This document shows, piece by piece, positions 24,050-36,529 of a DNA stretch of 64,000 nucleotides; within the stretch, counting starts at the first letter, position 1; the number at the start of each line of letters is the position of its first letter. This stretch comes from Octopus bimaculoides. Its lineage: Eukaryota. The stretch is taken from NCBI RefSeq assembly GCF_001194135.2, contig NC_069005.1:20987139-21051138 (forward strand), in the 5' to 3' direction. The notes below the pieces were generated by a model. It was not told the DNA's origin, ran no database searches, and saw only the letters and a program-made list of their open reading frames with translations. The position numbers and the translations under genes were made by a program.

Positions 24050-25034
24050 CAACTTTAAATAGAGCTCAAAACTGATCCATTGAAAATACTTTATAATAAT
24101 AATAATAATAATAATAATGAAATTGACCTTATGTACTCAACTGTGAGTATTTTGCTAAGATTGTTAACAGATACTATATTCTTTTGCCAAATTTTTTTAT
24201 GTAAAAAATATATTTAAACACACACACATACACATATATAAAAGAAAAGAGAGATGGCAACGGAATAAATGGTTATCTTATTCCTGTCATATTACTTTTT
24301 CTTATTACCACTCTATACTCGTCTAACACTTTGTTCTGAAACATTCGTATATTGAGTTCTACACCAGATTATTGACCTTGCAAAGCCAAACCAAATTGTG
24401 TGTGTATATATATTCACACACACACATAACCACCCTTCCTAATGTCAACCATTTCACATGCAAAAACACACACAAAAAGAAAAAAGAATTGGTAGGATTT
24501 GTGTCAGTTTGTGTGTGTGCTCACCATTTTTCTTTTTGCATCAAATTCCAATATAATCGTAATTTATACACTCTGAAATATATTTGTAGAGATTTTTTAT
24601 TTAAAAATATCCAATTGCATTTCATCATGTAGCTCTATTTTATATTTTCTAATAGTCATGTTTGAGTTTCCTTCATGTTACATGTCTTGCCAGTGTTCTT
24701 CCAACATGCTTGCCATATGTATACACTAATGCATGTACACTATAAGAATATGATACAATATCAAATCAATGTAAGACATCGTATATATATCTCATCATCA
24801 TCATTTAACATCCGCTATCCGTGCTGGCATGGGTTGGACAGTCTGACTGGGGTTGGTAAGCTGCACCAAACTCCAGTCTGATTTGGCATGGTTTTCTATG
24901 GCTGGATACCCTATATATATATATAAGGTTAATCAAAAGCGCTCACACACACTAGGAAAAAACTTTTTCCAAAAAGGTTAGTAACATCCTGATAAAAGAT
25001 TTTATAACTTAAAAAATTTCTTTTTTTAAATACC

Positions 25035-25068
<34 letters not shown>

Positions 25069-25187
25069 CATGTTTGCACTACTGTGTANNNNNNNNNNNN
25101 NNNNNNNNNNNNNNNNNNNNNNNNNNNNNNNNNNNNNNNNNNNNNNNNNNNNNNNNNNNNNNNNNNNNNNNNNNNNNNNNNNNNNNN

Positions 25188-25222
<35 letters not shown>

Positions 25223-25974
25223 TTTAACACTATTGACACCAACTCGGCTGAAACCGCCTCTGGCTCTGTAGTACAAATGTCTTGTTTTCATGAGTTTTGA
25301 ATTAAAATCTTCCACCAAACCTTAGTCACAATTTATGTTCCTAACACTAGCTTAATGATAACTATTTTACTAAATTCTTTGTTATATTTAAAATTAATTG
25401 AAAGAAACACAGAGCATCTCAAAATACATACGGTAATGTATTGTGTACAGGAAATGTTCTGCATATGCAAATAAAGCTTCTATTCTATAATGCTGGCCAC
25501 AATCTAATGATGTTGACAGGTGAACCAGTATTTTAGGGTTGCATCAAGCTGTACCGATATAATGTAGGATGAATATAGTAATAATAACATTTGACTGTAG
25601 CCATGCTGGGGCATTAAAATATTTATAAATTCCATCCAAGGATTATTGTTATTATTACTATATTTATCCTACATTATATCAGTACTGCTTGATGCAGCCC
25701 CAAGAAACTGGTTCACTTATCAGCATAATAGAACAGGAGCTTTATTTGCACATTCAGAACACCACCTTGAAATTTTAGTCAAATGTATCAACGCCAGTAC
25801 TTATTTTCTTAAAGAGCCTGTTACTGACTCTACCAGTCTCTTTTGCTGAACTGCTAAGTTACTGTACTGGAAACCCACCAACGCTGGTTGTCACGCAGTG
25901 ATGGAGGACAAACACAGACACACACACAGATACATACATACATTATATATACACGATGGTCTTCTTTCAGCTTC

Positions 25975-26204
25975 TTATTTCTTTACTGCCCACAAGGGGC
26001 TAAACATAGAGGGGGCAAACAAGGACAGACAAAGGGATTAAGTCGATTTCATCAACCCCCAGTGCGTAACTGGTACTTAATTTATCGACCCCGAAGAATG
26101 AAAGGCAAAGTCGACCTCGGCAGAATTTGAACTCAGAACATAACGGCAGACGAAATACTGCTAATTATTTCGCCCAGCATGCTAACGTTTCTGCTAGCTT
26201 GCCG
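25975..26204 (-). mobile_element. SINE family B copy nested in a family A copy, with TSD
   Basis: 14-bp TSD cttctttcagcttc (25961) / cttctttcagtttc (26205). Central gcctttcatcctttcggggtcgataaattaagtaccag domain (Meta/Sauria-like, from memory). Confidence 0.85.
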
Positions 26205-26524
26205 CTTCTTTCAGTTTCTGTCTACCAAATCTACTCACAAGGCTTTGTTCAGCCAGAGGCTATAGTAGAAAACACTTACCCAAGGTGCCATGCAGTGGCA
26301 CAGAACCCTGTACCATGTGGTTGGGAAGCAAGGTTCTGACTACACATGCGCCTATATATGTATTTATGTGTGTGTGTGTATATGTGTTTCCAGAATCTGA
26401 TTTGTCAAGATGGGCAGGTTTTCTGAAATGCCATATATTGCCAGTCATCCTGTTCCTTTGGTCATTTACTCAGTGAGGTCCTGAGATCTACTTTCACTAC
26501 TTGGTTCCATCTCTATTTGGGTCA

Positions 26525-26900
26525 GTGTGGTATGTAGCTTGCTTACCAACCACATGGTTCTGGGTTCAGTCCCACTGTGTGGCACTTTGGGCAAGTGTCT
26601 TCTACTATAGCCTCGGGCTGACCAAAGCCTTGTGAGTGGATTTGGTAGACGGAAACTGAAAGAAGCCCGTCGTATATATGTATATATATATATGTGTGTG
26701 TGTGTGTTTGTATTTGTCCCCCCAACATCGCTTGACAACCGATGCTGGTGTGTTTACGTCCCCGTAACTTAGCGGTTCGGCAAAAGAGACTGATAGAATA
26801 AGTACTGAGCTTACAAAGAATAAGTCTTGGTGTCGATTTGCTCGACTAAAGGTGGTGCTCCAGCATGGCTGCAGTCAAATGACTGAAACAAGTAAAAGAG
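26525..26900 (+). mobile_element. SINE family A, full copy (other + copies near 19030, 51980, 55905, 59690)
   Basis: Same head/core/microsatellite/tail architecture as 2718. Confidence 0.85.
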
Positions 26901-26904
26901 TTGT

Positions 26905-27215
26905 CTTCATCCATATGCTTCACATGTTTATTTGCACATTTCTTCGTTGTTCAATCATACACTACACATCCAACAGAGAACGCTAGCTTCATTTCTTTCT
27001 AGTCTTCTCAAATCTTCAGCATCCAAAGCTCATATCTCACTACCATGCATCACTGCAATTCAAGGAAAAACATCATACAATCTGCTTTTCAAACTGAAGG
27101 GAAAAAGTCGTTGTTGCTAACAGTGGTAGCAGCTCCATGAACTTTCTCCAATCTGTTCTTACTCTGGCTACTATACTATCAAAGAAATCGCCTTTCCTAG
27201 CCAACAAAAGCTATT
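26905..27215 (-). mobile_element. RTE reverse-transcriptase C-terminal fragment
   Basis: AVMHGSE...AEDLRRLERNEASVLCWMC, with stops. Confidence 0.68.
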
Positions 27216-27634
27216 GACCAAGCAGTCCTAAGATCAAAAGTATTTGAACCGTGACCATCCTGTACTTCTTAGGATGGCAGGGTATGATTTGAGTGCGATT
27301 TGGCTACTATTTTTAGTAAAGTCAAAAGTCAAGTGACTGTAGAGTGTCGCCTCATTTAGTGTTCGAAAAAGATTTAGCTGATACTTCTAACAAGTAGAGT
27401 GACTGGATGAGTTTTTTCAGTGAGATTTGGCCGCTAACTTTGTCTGGTCCAGAGACAGTGCAATGGATCATTCGTTAGATATTTGAGTGTGATTTAGCTA
27501 CTATCTTTTTTTGCCAGTGTCCTCTTCTTAAATTCAGGAGAGCTATAATAAAACACAAACCATAGTTTCGCATGAGCAGTAGTTGAATATGGCGACACCA
27601 ATCTAGACATTGTTTCGTATCAACAATATCTAAC

Positions 27635-27770
27635 ATGGCGACAGCCAGTTTTTCAAAGAATAAGTCTTCGCAACGATCCAGAGTCTTACAAATACCGGGA
27701 ACGAAACCGTCACTATTCAACCACCAACTTCTAGTGTCCTCCGGAGTACCATCGTTCGATAACCTCTTGG
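27635..27770 (+). CDS. ELP4: Elongator complex protein 4, first coding exon (MATASF...QIPGTKPSLFNHQLLVSSGVPSFDNLLG)
   Basis: aacATGG start, donor G|gtaagt (phase 1). Matches the ELP4 motif [27 protein letters not shown]. Confidence 0.88.
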
Positions 27771-28415
27771 GTAAGTACATTCGATATTAACACAATATTT
27801 CATTATCGGAACATTATTGAACTATCGTTTTCAAGTGTACAACCACAACTGTTGTTATCATTAACATCAGTTTCACATAATAACAATAGTAATAATAATA
27901 ATAATCCTTTCTACAATAGGTACAAGGCCTGAAATTTTATGAGAGGGGGCTAGTCGATTACATCAGACCTAGTGCTCATCTGGTACACCGGGCAGGCATT
28001 TTCTAATACTTATTTCATCGACTTGGAAAGGTGGAAGGCTAAGTCAACCTCGGCGGAATTTGAACTCAGAACGTAAAGCCAGAAAAAAATGCCCTCAAAC
28101 ATTTTGTCTGGCGTGTTAACGATTCTGTCAGCTCACCGCAAAACATTGACACAAGGCCTTTTATTTCATTATTCGAGGAGAGAGCTTTTCAGTAATCAGT
28201 TCGTGATTGCTATCGATCTGCCGGTTAGAAGAAAGGTAAAGTTGATCTAATTTTTAATTTTAAACTTCGGCAGCATGTTTAGACATAGAACAAATGTAAA
28301 GGAATAACACTGCTTGTGGTAATAATTACATGGATGAGAAAACTCAACAACGATAATTTTTTTTTTTTTTTTTTACCAAAACAAAATATTAGCAATGAGT
28401 GATATACAACCTTAC

Positions 28416-28560
28416 CGCTCTGATTCGGGGTTGATTCACACTTGATCGACAAGAAGTACCATTAATATATTGAAAAAGAGTTAGTAAACTGCAACTTGTT
28501 TCTACGTCTGTTGACTATTATCATCCTTACTAGCAGTAATATAGTTAAGAGAGAGAGAGC
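28416..28560 (-). other. Candidate first (non-coding) exon of XRCC4
   Basis: Minus-strand donor GCG|gtaagg at 28416, just downstream of a CpG-rich stretch at 28560-28720. The 5' boundary is a guess. Confidence 0.3.
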
Positions 28561-31500
28561 GATGTTGTAGAAACGGTAACACGCCGGACACAGCTGCGTC
28601 GTCTGACGTTTTCAAGAAATGTGCCGCGTATATTCTGTAGTTATGCCGCGCGTATTTTAAAGCGGGTCAGAAAACGCCAAAATATTGAGAAAACCAGTGC
28701 ATGTGGGCTCCTTTGTAAAGTCAAATGCGTGCTACGATTTCTGTTTTAAAACAATTTTAATGTACTTTTTTTTTTATTTATACAGTAGAAACTGCTTATT
28801 ATGATCAGTTTGAGACGAAGCCTTTTATACTATAGTATTCGGGTGATAACATTAATTATACTGAACATGTTTGGGACCTGCTAATTTTAATGTTAACTGT
28901 ATNNNNNNNNNNNNNNNNNNNNNNNNNNNNNNNNNNNNNNNNNNNNNNNNNNNNNNNNNNNNNNNNNNNNNNNNNNNNNNNNNNNNNNNNNNNNNNNNNN
29001 NNNNNNNNNNNNNNNNNNNNNNNNNNNNNNNNNNNNNNNNNNNNNNNNNNNNNNNNNNNNNNNNNNNNNNNNNNNNNNNNNNNNNNNNNNNNNNNNNNNN
29101 NNNNNNNNNNNNNNNNNNNNNNNNNNNNNNNNNNNNNNNNNNNNNNNNNNNNNNNNNNNNNNNNNNNNNNNNNNNNNNNNNNNNNNNNNNNNNNNNNNNN
29201 NNNNNNNNNNNNNNNNNNNNNNNNNNNNNNNNNNNNNNNNNNNNNNNNNNNNNNNNNNNNNNNNNNNNNNNNNNNNNNNNNNNNNNNNNNNNNNNNNNNN
29301 NNNNNNNNNNNNNNNNNNNNNNNNNNNNNNNNNNNNNNNNNNNNNNNNNNNNNNNNNNNNNNNNNNNNNNNNNNNNNNNNNNNNNNNNNNNNNNNNNNNN
29401 NNNNNNNNNNNNNNNNNNNNNNNNNNNNNNNNNNNNNNNNNNNNNNNNNNNNNNNNNNNNNNNNNNNNNNNNNNNNNNNNNNNNNNNNNNNNNNNNNNNN
29501 NNNNNNNNNNNNNNNNNNNNNNNNNNNNNNNNNNNNNNNNNNNNNNNNNNNNNNNNNNNNNNNNNNNNNNNNNNNNNNNNNNNNNNNNNNNNNNNNNNNN
29601 NNNNNNNNNNNNNNNNNNNNNNNNNNNNNNNNNNNNNNNNNNNNNNNNNNNNNNNNNNNNNNNNNNNNNNNNNNNNNNNNNNNNNNNNNNNTATATATAT
29701 ATATATATATCCAAGAAAGTTAGGGGTTGTGAATCCAACCCACTAAGGGATAATATCTATCCAATATACTGCCGGAAGAATACCCACTTATTATGACACT
29801 GGTGTTTGTTTGCAGTACACCGGGCAGGCATTTTCTGGGCTGTTTGTTGTTCGATGGTATTGTTACCCTCGCTACTCCAGTATACTCTCATCCGATCCAT
29901 GCAAGCATGGAAAAGTGAACGTTAGAACTATATATATATGTGTGTGTGTGTGTGTGCGTGCGTAACATTGATGCAAGAAATAACTGTTTACATGCACCAT
30001 AAGAACTATAAATTCCATCGCCTAACATGATAGAAATAGTACGTGGTGCGAAAGTAAAGGATGTACATTACTTGAAAACTTAAAAGGGAAGACGTTTCGG
30101 TCTCAGTACGGATACTTGATCATAGATGTTGTGTTGAGTCGGGGCTAACATGGTACTTTACACTAATAAATACCTAACAATACTTGGTTTTGTTCTCCAG
30201 CTGTAATGGGAAAAAAAATTCAGAATGACTACCAGTAATATACTGACTAAGGTTAAGTATCGACTCGGACTATTGCCGTTACTTTGTAGCCTGTGTGGCC
30301 AATAAATCATAGATGACAGAATCAAGCTTTCAGTTGAGCCGTTCTAATTCCTTTAGGTCAACTCTCGACTTCTGTTACAAATGCGGTTGAGAAAAAGCAG
30401 GAAGTCACTCAAGCATTATCCTATTGTAATTCGCTTAACCAGTTGAAAATAACAGCCAAATCTCATTCAAATTACACACTACGACCTTAAAAAAAACGAC
30501 ATGAAATACGTCAGATAGTCACGACTGGAATGCTTTTGCTCACGTGTCAGTTTGAGCAGGGCTAACTTGGGGCTAAACAACAACTTGCTCGATCTGTTAG
30601 AAATCACAGCCGAATATTCCTTAAATTGATCCCCTACTCAGGTGTGTGACGAAAGATTTCCAGACAATGGGCATAGATAAAATAAGAACAATAATAAATG
30701 AGTGGAGAACGAATATGTACAGCGTGTTTATTTGGCAAGAAAAGAAAATGACCATCTCGAAATATAACAATAATAATAAAGCTAAACTGAAGATCAAATA
30801 AATAGTGAGTGTTTAATTGGCAAAAAAATGACCATCCCCAAGTATAACAATATCTAGATTTTCTCATATTGAAAAGTAAGATTCTTGGGTCATTTTTTAA
30901 AAGGCATCCAAGGAGGATTGCTATTCTTCTGGACAGTCCCAAAGTATTGCAACGCTTTATGGGAAAACTAGTTCATATCTGACACAAGATCTTCAGAGCT
31001 GGGTGATGTGTTCTTACAGTGTCTGGTAGCTCACGCTAGAAACAAAATACATTCTTCAATTTTTCCTTTTGATTCTCTTCCTGACAGTCCAGTTCTGATG
31101 TAGCCCCTTCAGGTTGTCGTTGGATAGTTCTTTGCTCTTCAGCCAAATGATTTATGTCCTGTCCATTCACCTCAAGATCTATAGAACTAGAATAACGTAC
31201 AGTTTCCTCCTCCAGTACAGGCTCGGGTTAAAACATTTCAAATTCTATTGAATAGACAACACGCCAGAATGCTCTCCAAGAAGAGTTCACACATTTCGAG
31301 CTCACCCCATGACTTTCACTATTAAATGCACACCATCTGCAATGGTGAAGGGATTTTTTCCCCCATTTTTTTTTTTTGTTACATCAATAAAGTTTCTTCA
31401 AAGTAAATCCTGTGTATAATTTTTTAAAAAGACACAATCACTTGCTGACCGATGGGCTGTTGCGGAGGAGGAGGCGGCGGTGGCAGGAAATGGAATTTTG

Positions 31501-34260
31501 TAAAATCCATCTTCTCTGGTAGTTTGGTTCACGAAGCTGGACGGGTGTACAGGAACAAGAAGAGCCTTCATTGAGAGACTTTTCTCTTTGCGGTAGTCAT
31601 GTACAGTGGGAGCAAACATGAATGAACCACACAGCAAACAAGCTCTTCGTAACTCGGGCCTGTTTTCTTCTTCTTTTTCTTTCTCCAAAAAGGCCTGTTT
31701 CACGGTTAAAAATCTGATGAGAACAGACTACTCCCTTTCGTAATTTTATAAAATTCTGCACGATATGTTCCTGCAGCGATTGGGTCTGAACTGCTTTCTT
31801 CCTGCCTTGCGACATTGAACATCAGGATGCTTGTTAAATAAATTTGATCCAGCTATTATTGATTTCAAACTTAACTGATTTTCCGTTAATGGTAACAGGA
31901 ACATCTCTTTCAGGCCGTTCGTAAATAGACATAATTTTTTTTCACAAATGTATGAACCACTTAGCGAATCATTAAGCTAATTTTTTTTTCCTCATCATCC
32001 TTTAACGTCCGTTTTCCATGATGGCATAGGTCGGGCGGTTTGACCAGAGCGGACAAGCTGGAGAGCTGCACCAGGTTCCAGTCTGATATGGCTTGGTTTC
32101 TACTGCTAGATGCCCTTCCTAAAGCCAACACCTTTACAGCGTGCTGGGTGCTTTTAATGTGGCACCAGCACAGGGCTCTTGCAAATCAACACTCTTCATA
32201 CCAAATCATACTGTTTAAATTACGATGATGATATATATATATATATCTTCATTATCATCCTTTTTAATGTCCATTTTCCATGCTGGCAAGGGTTGGACAG
32301 TTTGACCGGAGGTGACAAGTCTGAGAGCTACACCAGGTTCCAGTCTGATTTGGCTTGGTTTCTGCGGTTAGATGCCGTTCCTAAGTTTGTGCTGGGTGCT
32401 TTTAATGTGGTACCAGCACGAGTGCTTTTATGTGGTACCCATCCACAATAATATTAGCTTTTGCCATTCCATCTGTGTGTGAGACATAAGAGCCTACGTA
32501 TGCCTTTCCACACCGTTGCGCTTACACTTATTCTTTTTCTTTGAATTATATAAATTATATTTTTGATCAATTGATGTTTCAAAATTAGTTAACTTCTTCG
32601 AAATATGTTGGGGAATATTTTAATTTTAAGAAAAATAAATCTAGCACAACACTAATTTTTCTTTGAAAAATTCTGCTTCTGTTAATGAATGACAATGCAT
32701 ATTCGAAGTTACACATATGATTAACTGAAAGCCATGTGGTTGCTTTTTGTTTATTTCCATTTTCTCTTGATACAAGATAAAAGACTGTGAACAAGGGGAA
32801 GTAATTCAGTTTGACTGTGTAGCACCTTGGGCAGGTGTCTTCTACTATATGCCAACCAAAGCGTTGGAGGACAAACACAGACTCAAATTTGTTACTTTAG
32901 CTTTTCGTTAATTATTTAATTAATTCTGGAAATCGCTCGTAGTCATGGTAATATTATTCCTTGCTGAAGTAATGGAAAAGCATACGTTAACAAAGACTTT
33001 CGTAACCAGAGTCTTCATTTTGTGTGTGTGTATGTGTGTGTGTTTAAAACTGTCTTTCTGAGTTACTTCCCCTCCCTGTATGCTCTGACAATGTCGTCTG
33101 TTGGACTTTTGGCGTCTTTCAGATGAAGCAAAGCGATAAATAGATTTTCAAATACTGGAGTTAAAGGAGTTGTTTAGCTCTCTAGACCAGCATACAGTGG
33201 GACAAATCTATGATCAATAGCGTTCCAACTTAGACAATCCCGCACTACGCTGTGTCTAGTATGCCCTTTTCTGATTTAAAATAAGTGGTGTGTGTCGTGA
33301 AAGGAGTTGTAACAGTTGTGACGTTTTTGTAGGCGAGATTGATGTGGTTAATGTCCAGCTCCGACAGCTTTCAAGAACAAAGTGGACAGAAGTATAGTGC
33401 TTATCTGGTCCAAATGCGTGCAATAATGAACTCAATGACCAATTGTTGTTTAACCCCGAGTCAACACTGTGATCAAGCATATACATTGGTAAAACATTCT
33501 TCACCTTACCATCATAAAATCAATGCATCTTTACATTTTTAAAACAGTTAAAAGTATGAAGGTGAGTAGATTTGGCTGTTATTTCTAGCAGGTTGACTTA
33601 CCACAAAATCACCTATTCCCTACCCACCAAACATGGGGATTTTTAAGGTTGTCTTTTATCTTTTACTTTTATTTGACTGCAGCCATGTTGGGATACTGCC
33701 ATGAAGGGTTTTAGTCGAACGAATTGACACCCTGGACTTACTATTTTTTTAAAAGCTTGTTACTTGTTTATTGGTCTCTTTTGCCAAACTGCTAAGTTAT
33801 AGCAACATAAACACACCCACACCAGTTGTCAAGCAGCGTTGGAGGACAAACACAGACTCAAAAACTCTTTCTCTCTCTCTCTCACACACACATGATGGGC
33901 TTCTTTCAGTTTCCATCTACCAAACCCACTCACAAGGCTTTGGTTGGCATATAGTAGAAGACACCTGCCCCAGGTGCTACACAGTCAAACTGAACCTGGG
34001 ACCATGTGGTAGGGAAGAAGGCTTCTTACCACACAGCCATGCCTGTGTATTTTGAAAACAGTAGTGTTGTATTGATTATAGGTTTACAAATTAGCTACAT
34101 TAGTTTGTGATGGCAGAAGTGGTTAGACAGTGTCAGTGAAGCTTGAACAGAATTACTATTATTCAAGGTACTTTTGTAGGAAGCATAAATTTATTAGTTT
34201 ATCTTACAAATAGTAATAGGATCATCATCAGCAGCAGCAGCAATAACAACAACAACAATA

Positions 34261-34973
34261 CTTTTTACTGAAGGTACAAGGCCTGAAATTTCAGGGGATG
34301 GGGATAGTTGACCACATCGACCCCAGTATTCAACTGGTACTTATTTTATCAACCCCGAAAGGATGAAAAGCAAAGTTGACCCTGGCAGAATTTGAACTCA
34401 GAATGTAAGGATAGATAAAATGCCACTAAATATTTGCCTGATGTGCTAATGGTTTTGTCAGCTCGCCATCTTGATGATGAGGAGGATAATAATAATAATG
34501 ATAATCCCTTCTATTATAGGCACGAGGCCTGAAATTTGTGGGGAGGGGGTAAGTTGATTACATCGACCGCAGTGCATAACTGGTACTTATTTAATCAAAA
34601 GAATGAAAAGCAAAGTTAACCTCAGTGGAATTTGAACTCAGAACGTAGCAGCTGACGAAATACCACTAAGCATTTCACCCGGTGTGCTAATGATTCTGCC
34701 AGCTCACTGCCTAAATAATAATAATAATAATAATAATTAATAATAATTGTGGTTTCAAATTTAGCCACAAAGGCAGCAATTTTGGGGAGGGGATGAGTTG
34801 ATTACATCGACCCCAATGTTCAACTGGTACTTATTTTATCAACCTTGAAAGGATGAAAGGCAGAGTTGACCTCGGTGGAATTTGAACTTAGAATGTAAAG
34901 ATGGACGAAGTGCTGCTAAGCATTTTGCCCAGTGTGCCAATGATTCTGCCAGCTCACCACCTTAATAATACTG

Positions 34974-35006
<33 letters not shown>

Positions 35007-35240
35007 GTGAAAATAATAATTCTTTCTAATTTTGGCACAAGACCAGCAATGTCAAGAGGAAAGGATTAATTGATTACATCAACCCTAGTACTCAGTTGAC
35101 ATTTATTTTATCAACCCTGGAAGGATGCAAAGTAAAGTCAGCCTTGGTGGAATTTGAACTCAGAACTGAAAAGCACCGAAAGGACACACTGCTAAGCATT
35201 GTGTTGAACATGGTAACAATTCTGCCGGCTTGCTGCCTTC
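34261..35240 (-). mobile_element. Head-to-tail array of four family B SINEs
   Basis: Copies at about 34261, 34505, 34749 and 35020, separated by (AAT)n. Confidence 0.85.
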
Positions 35241-35459
35241 AGAAAAAAAATATATATATGAATAAATAACAATGAACAGAAAGAAAAAAAAATGAAAATA
35301 GTAATAGTGAATGTTAAGAGATGAATAAAAGAACTACAATAAGATTAAGAAAGTGGAGATAATTGCTGAAGTGATGAAAGTGGGGGGAAAATAATTGACA
35401 AAGAAATGCAGGGTTAATATACTTTGTTGATATGTTAAGATATGGATTAGATAGCAGTA

Positions 35460-35830
35460 ATTACTGGTGGGTGAGGACCACTTTGTAAAGAAGTGCCGAT
35501 CTCTAACTGTGGAGGAAACCTGTGGAAGAGGTAGACCCAGGAAGACATGGGATGAGGTGGTGAAGCATGATTTTCAGATGTTGAGTCTCATGGAGGCAGT
35601 GACAAGTGATTAAGAACTTTGGCAATTTGCTGTGCTTGAGAAGACATGTCAAGCCAAGTGAAATTATAGTCGTGGCCAGTGGTTGGCATTAGGAAAAGCA
35701 TCCAGCCATAGAAACCCTGCCAAATCAGACAGGAGCCTGGTAGAGCTAGCAGGCTTAAAAGTCCCAGTCAAACCATCTAACCCATGCCAGCATGGAAAAC
35801 AGATGCTAAATGATGATGATGTTGATATGG
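35460..35830 (+). mobile_element. RTE 3' end fragment
   Basis: CGRGRPRKTWDEVVKHDFQMLSL coding end, then 3'UTR and (GAT)n tail. Confidence 0.8.
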
Positions 35831-36321
35831 CAAAAATTGATCATCAGACTAACATCTCAGTGTTATCTTGTTCGTTCAAGTGTGTATACACCATAATGGT
35901 CACTTGGCGTCATTTTCAGTGAACTAGAGAAGAAAACATTGAGGGACATTGAGTGATCCCTGTCAATAACAATTGTATTGATAACCAACAACCACTTTAC
36001 TGGGTACTTTTTTGCAGTACCCTCACTAATGAGGTCATCTAACTTGTGAGACTGAAAAACCCCTCTTAACTAAGTGGGAGCATAGTAGAGAGGCTGAGTG
36101 CTTTATGCAAGGTCTTTGAGAGATTGAAGGTTAGTGTGAAGAGTAAGAACAGGTTTACTGTATGTGGAGGAATGGATACTGTGTATTTTATATGGCTGGA
36201 TAGGGGTAGGTTAGGGTAGGGTTCAAACGGAGGCAAATATGATGATGACAAGGTGCTAGAATGCACCTTCATGGTAATATGTCTGAGAGATGTATACAAG
36301 GGAGCATGGATATAGAAGAAC

Positions 36322-36529
36322 AATCCTTTAGCATTTAAACTGGCCTAAATATTCTACTTGTTTTATGTTCATATTGGCCAGAACCAGCCTTCTACACTTA
36401 CCTTGCAATGTCATTCTAAAAATAAGCAATTACATCATCAAAATCTCAAAGCTGTGAGGTAATGTAGGATTGATTTAAAATAATGTGAATAAACATTACA
36501 TTTGAGAGAGTAATCTGAATGCTAAAGGG
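36322..36529. mobile_element. piggyBac-like MITE family (also 52911-53071 and 60715-60915)
   Basis: Ends (ttaa)ccctttagcatt ... aatgctaaaggg(ttaa); internal sequence is shared across three copies. Confidence 0.7.

Larger units (their letters stand above)
27560..28720. promoter_or_regulatory. CpG-retaining promoter region shared by ELP4 (+) and probably XRCC4 (-)
   Basis: Many CG dinucleotides relative to the CpG-poor flanks; two (A/C)ATGGCG YY1-like motifs at 27588 and 27634; head-to-head gene arrangement. Confidence 0.45.

Noticed and set aside
27475-27780. 101-aa minus-strand ORF
   Set aside because: Antisense shadow of ELP4 exon 1; the plus frame has the recognisable motif and splice donor.
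33321-33542. Acceptor-like ttttgtag and a 67-aa ORF considered as ELP4 exon 2
   Set aside because: In the ELP4 phase it reads GEIDVV...-stop, with no similarity to GGLAVGTVLLIEED.
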